From assembly GCA_900549755.1 (NCBI GenBank), contig URPQ01000001.1:13947-77946 (forward strand): a stretch of DNA of 64,000 nt, read 5' to 3'. The notes under the pieces are model-generated. The model did not search any database, was not told where the DNA came from, and saw only the letters and a program-made list of their open reading frames with translations. Origin of the DNA: an uncultured Oscillospiraceae bacterium. GTDB taxonomy: Bacteria > Bacillota > Clostridia > Oscillospirales > Acutalibacteraceae. Positions 57,611 to 64,000 of the stretch are shown piece after piece. Made by a program: the position numbers and the translations under genes. Each line of letters opens with the position of its first letter. Position 1 is the stretch's first letter.

Positions 57611-60223
57611 ATGCTTAAATTAGAAAATATTAAAAAGGACTATATTACCGGGGACACCACGGTGCACGCGCTTAAAGGCGTGAGCGTTGAATTTCGCAAA
57701 AGCGAATTTGTATCAATACTCGGTCAGTCGGGCTGCGGCAAGACTACATTGCTTAATATTATAGGCGGACTTGACAGGTACACAAGCGGCGAGCTTTATA
57801 TAGGCGGCAGGGCTACAAGCGACTTTCGCGACAGGGACTGGGATAACTACCGCAACCACTCGGTAGGCTTTATTTTTCAAAGCTACAACCTTATTCCGCA
57901 CCAATCCGTGCTTTCAAATGTAGAGCTTGCATTGACGCTTACGGGCGTTCCGCGCGCCGAGCGCCGCCGCAGAGCGGCAGAGGCGCTTGAAAAGGTAGGG
58001 CTCGCCGACCAGCTTAATAAAAAGCCGAACGAAATGTCGGGCGGGCAAATGCAGCGCGTAGCCATTGCCCGCGCGCTTGTAAACGACCCCGAAATACTGC
58101 TTGCCGACGAGCCTACCGGCGCGCTGGACAGCGAGACTTCTGTTCAGATAATGGAGCTTTTAAAGGAAATTTCCAAGGATAGACTTGTAATAATGGTTAC
58201 CCACAACCCCGAGCTTGCCAAGCGGTACTCCACGCGTATTATAAGGCTGCTTGACGGCAATATTACGGACGATACCATGCCCTACTCGGGCGGCGAGGGG
58301 GAAAAAACGGCGGCGAAAAGCGGTAAGCGCCCCTCAATGTCGTTTTTAACGGCGCTTTCCTTATCCCTTAACAACCTTATGACCAAAAAAGCAAGAACCT
58401 TTTTAACCGCCTTTGCGGGGTCTATCGGCATTATAGGCATAGCGCTTATTTTATCCCTTTCAAACGGCGTAAACGCGTATATCGCGCGTGTTGAGGAGGA
58501 AACGCTTTCAAGCTACCCCATAACGATTGAGCAGGCGGGAATGGACGTAAGCCAATTGGTAAGCGACCTTATGGGGAAAAACGAGCCGAGCGGCGACCGC
58601 GAGGACGGCAAAATTTACAGCAACAACGTTATGACCGAAATGATGTCTACCATGGTGAACGGAATTTCGGCGAATAATCTTTCGGAATTAAAAAAGCATA
58701 TTGAAAAAACCTCCGCCTTTTCGGATAATACAAGCGAGATTGAGTATAAATATTCAACGGTTATGAATATATACGATGAAAAGGGCAACCGCGTAAACCC
58801 GAATACCGTGTTTTCCACCGTGTTCCCCGAAAGTCAGAGCAGTGGCAGCGGGAATATGCAAATGTCCTCCTCTTTTTCCAATACCGAGGTATGGACGCGC
58901 CTTTTTGAAAACAAGGAATTTTTGAAAAAGCAGTATGACGTTATTGCTGGGCGTATGCCTGAGAAATACAACGAAATTGTGCTTGCGGTGGATAAAAACA
59001 ACCAGATAAGCGACTACGCGCTGTATTCTTTGGGACTAAAGGATTCGGCAGAGCTTGAAGAAATGATGAAAAAGGCGCAGGCGGGTGAAAAAATAGAGCC
59101 TACCGCAGAAGTAAGCTACACATACGACGATATTTTGGGGCTTAAATTCAAGCTGCTTTGCAATACCGATTATTTTGAAAAGAACGCCGACGGCACCTGG
59201 AGCGATAAAACAGAGGATTCGCTTTACGTTTCTTCAAAGCTTAACACAGCGGCAGAGGATATAACCGTGGTGGGAATAATAAGACCCGCCGATTCGTCGG
59301 TTGCAAATCAAACAAGCGGCTTTGTGGGCTACCCCGAATCGCTTATGGAGCACCTTATAAACAGGGTGAACGACAGCGAAATAGTAAAGGCGCAAAAGGC
59401 TGAGCCCGAAAAGAACGTTTTCACGGGCAGACCCTTTGAGACCGACGCGGATAATATGACCTATGAGCAATTAACGGCATATATAGCCACCCTGCCCGAA
59501 AAGGAGCAGGCAGAGTATAACGCGTATATAAGCCAAATGACCGCCGCAGGGCAGACCAAGGAGCAAATAACCGAGCAGTTTAAAGCGGCAATAAAGGAAA
59601 AAAGCAACAACGCCACATATGACGGCAATTTGAAACTTATGGGCGTATCAAGCCTTGATGAGCCTTCGGTTATAAATATCTACCCCAAGGATTTTGAGGC
59701 GAAAGAAAAAATTTCCGACCTTATAACCGAATACAACAAGGGCGTGGGCGACGCCGAGAAAATAACCTACACCGATTATATAGGGCTTATGCTCTCATCG
59801 GTTACTACGATTATAAACGCAATAAGCTATATTTTAATTGCGTTTGTAAGCATTTCGCTTATAGTTTCATCTATTATGATAGGCATTATAACCTATATTT
59901 CGGTGCTGGAGCGCACTAAAGAGATAGGCGTGCTGCGCGCTATGGGCGCCTCGAAAAAGGACGTTTCACGCGTGTTCAACGCCGAAACGCTTATAGTGGG
60001 CTTTGCCGCGGGGGCAATAGGCATTGCGGTGACCTTGCTGCTGCTTATTCCCATAAACGCGATAATCGCCGCCATAACCGATATTTCAGGGCTTGCCGTG
60101 CTGCCGATAGCGGGCGGTGTTGCGCTTGTTGTTATAAGTATGCTCTTGACCCTTATAGCGGGCTTGTTCCCCTCAAAGGTAGCAGCTAAGAAAGACCCCG
60201 TAACCGCACTTCGCAGCGAGTGA
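57611..60223 (+). CDS. fused ABC transporter ATP-binding / FtsX-like permease protein (MacB-type)
   Basis: N-terminal Walker A GQSGCGKTT, LSGGQMQRVAIARAL; large extracytoplasmic region; C-terminal 4-TM FtsX-like block. Start at the ATG at 57611 with GGAGGA RBS. Confidence 0.8.
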   Translation: MLKLENIKKDYITGDTTVHALKGVSVEFRKSEFVSILGQSGCGKTTLLNIIGGLDRYTSGELYIGGRATSDFRDRDWDNYRNHSVGFIFQSYNLIPHQSVLSNVELALTLTGVPRAERRRRAAEALEKVGLADQLNKKPNEMSGGQMQRVAIARALVNDPEILLADEPTGALDSETSVQIMELLKEISKDRLVIMVTHNPELAKRYSTRIIRLLDGNITDDTMPYSGGEGEKTAAKSGKRPSMSFLTALSLSLNNLMTKKARTFLTAFAGSIGIIGIALILSLSNGVNAYIARVEEETLSSYPITIEQAGMDVSQLVSDLMGKNEPSGDREDGKIYSNNVMTEMMSTMVNGISANNLSELKKHIEKTSAFSDNTSEIEYKYSTVMNIYDEKGNRVNPNTVFSTVFPESQSSGSGNMQMSSSFSNTEVWTRLFENKEFLKKQYDVIAGRMPEKYNEIVLAVDKNNQISDYALYSLGLKDSAELEEMMKKAQAGEKIEPTAEVSYTYDDILGLKFKLLCNTDYFEKNADGTWSDKTEDSLYVSSKLNTAAEDITVVGIIRPADSSVANQTSGFVGYPESLMEHLINRVNDSEIVKAQKAEPEKNVFTGRPFETDADNMTYEQLTAYIATLPEKEQAEYNAYISQMTAAGQTKEQITEQFKAAIKEKSNNATYDGNLKLMGVSSLDEPSVINIYPKDFEAKEKISDLITEYNKGVGDAEKITYTDYIGLMLSSVTTIINAISYILIAFVSISLIVSSIMIGIITYISVLERTKEIGVLRAMGASKKDVSRVFNAETLIVGFAAGAIGIAVTLLLLIPINAIIAAITDISGLAVLPIAGGVALVVISMLLTLIAGLFPSKVAAKKDPVTALRSE

Positions 60224-60352
60224 AAACAAAATGGTTACAAAATAAAAATTGCTATTGAAATTTTCCGGTAAAAGGCTTATACTTGTAAAGTATCATTTTA
60301 AGCACTTGGCAGGGGCTACCCTGTCAAGTGTAATTTTCACGGAGGAATTTTA

Positions 60353-61384
60353 ATGCTGAAAAGAATATTACCGCTGGCGCTGGCATTGTGTATGCTCACT
60401 ATGGCAGGCTGTAAAAAGGAACAGGACAGATTAAGTGTAGATAAGGGTTCGGAGCCCTCGGTAGTCTCCGAAACAAAGCCCGTAACATATAAAAACCCGC
60501 TTACAGGCGTTTCGGGTATATCTGAGGAAAAAACCAAAAACCGTCCGGTTGCAATTATGATAAACAATATTTCAACCGCCCAGCCGGTGCAAACAGGGCT
60601 TAGCAAGGCAGATATTATTTACGAAACCGAGGTTGAGGGCGGAATAACCCGTCTTATGGCAGTTTTTCAGGATATAACCACTGCTGAAAAGATAGGCGCA
60701 ATACGCTCGGCACGCTACCCCTATGTTGACCTTGCAATGGGTCACAATGCAATTTATATTCACTGCGGGCAGGATAATAAATACTGCGCCCCGCACTTAA
60801 AGGATACTGATGACGTTGACCTTATGGTAAAGAATTACGGTGTGCGCATTAAAAACGGATTAGCCTCTGAGCACACATTGTATGCTTACGGCGAAAAGCT
60901 CTGGGGCTCGCTTGTAAAGGACGGGCACAAAACAACCTCAACAGACGTTACCCCGTGGGCAAGCTTTGCCGAGGAGGACGCGCCCGTAACGCTTGAAAGT
61001 CAGGCAAAAACCATAAACATTCCGGCGTCTGCCAGCTACCGCACGGTATTCAAGTATGATGAGGCAAAGGGCAAATACACAAGATATTACGGCAACACCA
61101 TTCGCAAGGATTATTTCACCGGCGAAACGGCGGATATGAAAAACGTATTTATTCTTTTCACTACCATTCGCAATTATCCCGATAATTACCACCGCCAGGT
61201 AATGCTTGGGAGCGGCGACGGCTACTATTGCGTAAACGGTACCTCCACCCCGATTAAGTGGAGCAAGGGCAATGCCAAAAACAGCTTTAAATTTACAAAG
61301 ACCGACGGCAGCGAGCTCACCGTAAACCCGGGCAACAGCTGGGTAAGCATAGTAAACATAGGCAACAACCCCACATTCGGATGA
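60353..61384 (+). CDS. lipoprotein, hypothetical (343 aa)
   Basis: Lipobox MAGC; GGAGGA RBS; no confident domain call. Confidence 0.5.
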   Translation: MLKRILPLALALCMLTMAGCKKEQDRLSVDKGSEPSVVSETKPVTYKNPLTGVSGISEEKTKNRPVAIMINNISTAQPVQTGLSKADIIYETEVEGGITRLMAVFQDITTAEKIGAIRSARYPYVDLAMGHNAIYIHCGQDNKYCAPHLKDTDDVDLMVKNYGVRIKNGLASEHTLYAYGEKLWGSLVKDGHKTTSTDVTPWASFAEEDAPVTLESQAKTINIPASASYRTVFKYDEAKGKYTRYYGNTIRKDYFTGETADMKNVFILFTTIRNYPDNYHRQVMLGSGDGYYCVNGTSTPIKWSKGNAKNSFKFTKTDGSELTVNPGNSWVSIVNIGNNPTFG

Positions 61385-61416
61385 TTTTTAATGCGGAATT
61401 CGGAATAACAAATTTA

Positions 61417-61461
61417 CAGCCCTGCTGCTATTTTCAGTAATAACAGCAGGGCTGTGCTTTA
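61417..61461 (+). terminator. intrinsic terminator
   Basis: cagccctgctg-N17-cagcagggctg then TGCTTT. Confidence 0.55.
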
Positions 61462-61520
61462 TAATGGATAAATGTCTGCGCAATGCGGTTTCGGCTCCCT
61501 GCAGTGTGGCGGAATATCTT

Positions 61521-61652
61521 CGGCTCCCTCTGACGTGGGTGCCGGCGCCGATAGGCGACTGAGGGAGAGAAAAGGTAAAGCTTTTATGTATCTAAACTCT
61601 TTCTCTCCTTCCGTCTCGTTTCACTCGACACCTCCCTCGTCAGAGGGAGGCA
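61521..61652. repeat. long imperfect palindrome (about 130 bp, nested inverted repeats) between convergent genes
   Basis: Outer arms GGCTCCCTCTGACG / CGTCAGAGGGAGGC; inner arms GACTGAGGGAGAGAAAAGG / CTTTCTCTCCTTCCGTC; terminal perfect hairpin cctccctc-gtca-gagggagg. Confidence 0.4.
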
Positions 61653-61653
61653 A

Positions 61654-61983
61654 TCAGTTCCACATTTCGCTTTTTCGGGGTTTGTTAAGCTCCTGCCCAC
61701 GCTTTTCAAGCTCTCTCATAAAATTTACTGCCGCAATAAATCCAAGCTGAAAGTATGTATCTCTTATTACGGCATCGCGGCTAGCAATTTCCTTATAAAA
61801 TTTATCGCGTTCATCTTCATTTTTAAAATAAGAATCGATAAGTTTTTCGGTGCGGCACTCCATATTTCTTATTGTAGTTTCATAGTCAAGGTCTTCCTTT
61901 TCAATAAGACTTTGCCCCAAGCCTAAAAAATAATCGCTTAATTCCGATAGCTTACATCTTTTTAACATATTTGAAAATTCCAT
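61654..61983 (-). CDS. hypothetical protein (109 aa), divergent from XRE regulator
   Basis: ORF with plausible codon usage; no recognisable motif. Confidence 0.4.
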   Translation of the reverse strand: MEFSNMLKRCKLSELSDYFLGLGQSLIEKEDLDYETTIRNMECRTEKLIDSYFKNEDERDKFYKEIASRDAVIRDTYFQLGFIAAVNFMRELEKRGQELNKPRKSEMWN

Positions 61984-62014
61984 ATTATTTCACCCCATTG
62001 TATATTGCATCCAT

Positions 62015-62059
62015 ACAATAACACATTATTGTGTTATTGTCAACACTTTTTTGTGTTTT
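62015..62059 (+). promoter_or_regulatory. perfect 11-4-11 inverted-repeat operator overlapping an extended -10 promoter (TGgTAGAAT)
   Basis: ACAATAACACA-TTAT-TGTGTTATTGT followed by TTTTTTGGTAGAATG upstream of the XRE gene. Confidence 0.45.
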
Positions 62060-62090
62060 TTGGTAGAATGATTTTGGGGTGAAGTATAAG

Positions 62091-62324
62091 GTGAAATACA
62101 AATATCAAAGAATACGCGATTTAAGAGAGGATAACGATAAAACCCAAGCGCAAATCGCAGAATTACTCAATGAACACACAACACAGTATCAGCGGTGGGA
62201 ACGCGGGGAAAGCGAAATACCCGCGCATGTAATAAAGGCATTATGTATTTATTACAATGTATCGGCAGATTATATTTTAGGTCTGCCCGAAAATTTACCT
62301 TTCCCGAAAGGGTCTAAAGGTTAA
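62091..62324 (+). CDS. XRE-family (Cro/CI-type HTH) transcriptional regulator
   Basis: QAQIAELLNEHTTQYQRWERGESEIPAHVIKALCIYYNVSADYILGL is a canonical HTH_3; GTG start at 62091 with GGGGTGA RBS. Confidence 0.75.
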   Translation: MKYKYQRIRDLREDNDKTQAQIAELLNEHTTQYQRWERGESEIPAHVIKALCIYYNVSADYILGLPENLPFPKGSKG

Positions 62325-62335
62325 ATACCAATCAA

Positions 62336-62388
62336 AAAAAAGCACGGCAGGCGGATAAACCTATCCGTCTGCCGTGAATGCTTTTATC
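62336..62388. terminator. bidirectional intrinsic terminator
   Basis: A8-gcacggcaggcggata-aacc-tatccgtctgccgtg-AATGCTTTT. Confidence 0.7.
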
Positions 62389-62511
62389 AGTAATCCTGGT
62401 TTTCGTTCTTCTTGTTCTGATTATTCTGATTATTCTTATTCTGTTCCTTGTTCTGGTTGTTCTTATTCTGGTTGTTGTTCTGGTTATTCTTGTTCTGATT
62501 GTTTTCCACAA
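62389..62511 (-). CDS. hypothetical 40-aa Asn/Gln/Lys-only micro-ORF encoded by a 9-bp-periodic repeat (MENNQNKNNQNNNQNKNNQNKEQNKNNQNNQNKKNENQDY); may instead be non-coding repeat DNA
   Basis: GTG start 5 nt after GGGGTGA; ends just before the bidirectional terminator; lies between the tatD terminator hairpin and that terminator. Low-complexity. Confidence 0.25.
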
Positions 62512-62563
62512 AAATCACCCCGCTTTCAGCCTTTATTATTTGCCGGCGGGGTGAAAATTATAC

Positions 62564-63346
62564 TTATATTCCGAATATTTTTTCGGCGTTATTCCGAGAC
62601 TCTTTCAAAATGCTTTCGCAATCGGTGTTCCGCAGCTCCGCTAATTTTTCGGCAACAAGTAAAATCAGCGCTGAATTATTTATTTTTGAGCGGTACGGCA
62701 CGGGCGCTAAATAGGGTGCGTCGGTTTCAAGCAGAAATCTGTCGCTCGGTAGAGCGGCTGCAATTTCGGGCAGCTTTTTTGCGTTTTTAAAGGTTAAAAC
62801 GCCGCCAATACCTATATACATACCCAAATTCAAAATTTCCTTTGCCATTTCCGCGCTGCCCGAAAAGCTGTGCACCACACCCTTGGGGCGGTGCTTTTTT
62901 AAAAGCTCCAGCGTATCGGCGTGGGCTTCACGGTCATGCACTATTACGGGCAGGTTTAACCTGTTCGCCAAAACAAGCTGTTCTTCAAAAAGCGCCCTTT
63001 GCTGCTCCTTGTTATCGTCCACCCAGTAATAATCGAGCCCTATTTCGCCTATTGCCACGCATTTTTTGCGGCGTGCAAGGTCTTCGATTTCCGCTACCTC
63101 TCCGCCGCCTATATTCTCGGGGTGTATACCCACCGCGGCGTAAAAATAGGGATACTTTTCGGCAAGCGCCAGCGCCGCTTTTGAAGACGCGGTATCACAC
63201 CCGCAGTTTACAACGCCGCAAACGCCGTGAACGGGCAACTCTGCTAAAAGCTCTGCGCGAATTTCGTCGAACTTCGCGTCGTCATAGTGCGCGTGGCTGT
63301 CAAATATCAGCGGTTCTGTATATGGATAATTCGGGAAATCCGTCAT
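62564..63346 (-). CDS. tatD: TatD-family metal-dependent hydrolase/DNase
   Basis: N-terminal FDSHAHYDD and downstream His/Glu/Asp metal ligands; conserved metG-tatD order. Confidence 0.85.
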   Translation of the reverse strand: MTDFPNYPYTEPLIFDSHAHYDDAKFDEIRAELLAELPVHGVCGVVNCGCDTASSKAALALAEKYPYFYAAVGIHPENIGGGEVAEIEDLARRKKCVAIGEIGLDYYWVDDNKEQQRALFEEQLVLANRLNLPVIVHDREAHADTLELLKKHRPKGVVHSFSGSAEMAKEILNLGMYIGIGGVLTFKNAKKLPEIAAALPSDRFLLETDAPYLAPVPYRSKINNSALILLVAEKLAELRNTDCESILKESRNNAEKIFGI

Positions 63347-64000
63347 CTTATTTTGCTGCCTGCGGGTACGTTATCAATAAACAGTACCTTTACGTCATTA
63401 TCGGCGCAATCCGCCGCTAAAATCATTCCATTTGACTCTACGCCGCAAAGCTTTGCGGGTTTCAGGTTTGCCACCACAATTACCGTGTGTCCTATAAGCT
63501 CCTCGGGCTTATAATACATAGCGATTCCCGAGGCTACTGTGCGCGATAAGCCGCTGCCGTCGTCAAGGGTCAGCTTTAAAAGCTTTTTAGCCTTGGGAAT
63601 AGGCTCGCAAGCCGTAATTTTTGCCGCGCGCAGCTCTACCTTTGCAAAGTCCTCAATTCCTATTTGCTCCATAGTCACAACATTTTCGGCTTTTTTCTGC
63701 TCCGCTGCCTTTTCCGCCGCTATTTCGGCTAAAACCTTTTCCGCATCTAAGCGGGCGAAAAGCGGAGTGGGCGCGCCTACGGAATACTCGGTAACAGCGC
63801 CGAAAGCAAGCTCTGTGCTGCCGTTATTTAACTGCTCCGCAATTGATTTTGAGCTATCGGGAATAATGGGCGAGAGCATAAGCCCCAAAAGACGAATACA
63901 TTCAAGCAGATTGTAAAGCACGTTTTCAAGGTATGCCTTTTTGCTCTCGTCCTTTGCAAGCGCCCAGGGGGCGGTCTCGTCAATATATTTATTGCAGCGC
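63343..64000 (-). CDS. metG: methionyl-tRNA synthetase, C-terminal part (gene continues beyond window end)
   Basis: C-terminal EMAP/Trbp111-like tRNA-binding domain (VELRAAKI...KLLKLTLDDGSG...IVVANLKPAKLCGVESNGMILAA) preceded by the anticodon-binding region; open to the window edge. Confidence 0.85.
   Translation of the reverse strand, partial: RCNKYIDETAPWALAKDESKKAYLENVLYNLLECIRLLGLMLSPIIPDSSKSIAEQLNNGSTELAFGAVTEYSVGAPTPLFARLDAEKVLAEIAAEKAAEQKKAENVVTMEQIGIEDFAKVELRAAKITACEPIPKAKKLLKLTLDDGSGLSRTVASGIAMYYKPEELIGHTVIVVANLKPAKLCGVESNGMILAADCADNDVKVLFIDNVPAGSKIR

Noticed and set aside
62374-62790. 138-aa plus-strand ORF starting with Cys/Ser/Tyr-rich repeat
   Set aside because: ATG lies inside a terminator stem with no RBS, and most of the ORF is antisense to tatD; only the repeat itself is of interest (reported separately).

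Overview
Chromosomal segment of a Firmicutes/Clostridia-type genome (Oscillospiraceae/Ruminococcaceae-like codon usage, roughly 50% GC; taxonomic placement is inference only). The backbone is housekeeping genes, almost all on the minus strand: an isoprenoid/translation cluster (ispG-rseP-dxr-cdsA-uppS-frr-pyrH), eno, tRNA-Arg, a TIGR03960/TIGR03936 radical-SAM pair, smpB-ssrA (tmRNA), a polar amino-acid ABC transporter, nfnAB plus Fe-ADH, trmO, PBP1A, and tatD-metG. Three accessory parts stand out. (1) An AT-rich island of about 4 kb (roughly 8.5-12.4 kb) carries a compact RiPP-like module: an unannotated 32-aa Cys/acidic precursor ORF, an intrinsic attenuator terminator, and a radical SAM/SPASM maturase. 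Upstream of it lies a cohesin-like lipoprotein gene that looks frameshifted; downstream is a GC-rich structured element of unknown class. (2) A minus-strand operon of about 14 kb (20.5-34.8 kb) has a leader that closely matches the P2 half of the c-di-GMP-I (GEMM) riboswitch and ends in an intrinsic terminator, all behind a near-consensus sigma-A promoter. The operon encodes a secreted Listeria-Bacteroides-repeat protein, a lipoprotein, a 7TM HD-GYP phosphodiesterase, a processive family-2 glycosyltransferase (PgaC/IcaA/BcsA-like), a HEAT-repeat membrane protein, and three large paralogous secreted clan GH-A-like proteins. This is a putative c-di-GMP-gated exopolysaccharide/surface system without a match to a named system that I can recognise. 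(3) Scattered oddities: an orphan barstar, a BlaI/BlaR1-like pair with a non-PBP sensor and palindromic operators, a frameshifted gmhA-like gene, a long imperfect palindrome, an XRE regulator with a perfect 11-4-11 operator, and a 9-bp-periodic repeat encoding an Asn/Gln/Lys-only 40-aa micro-ORF. No transposase, integrase or CRISPR array was seen.
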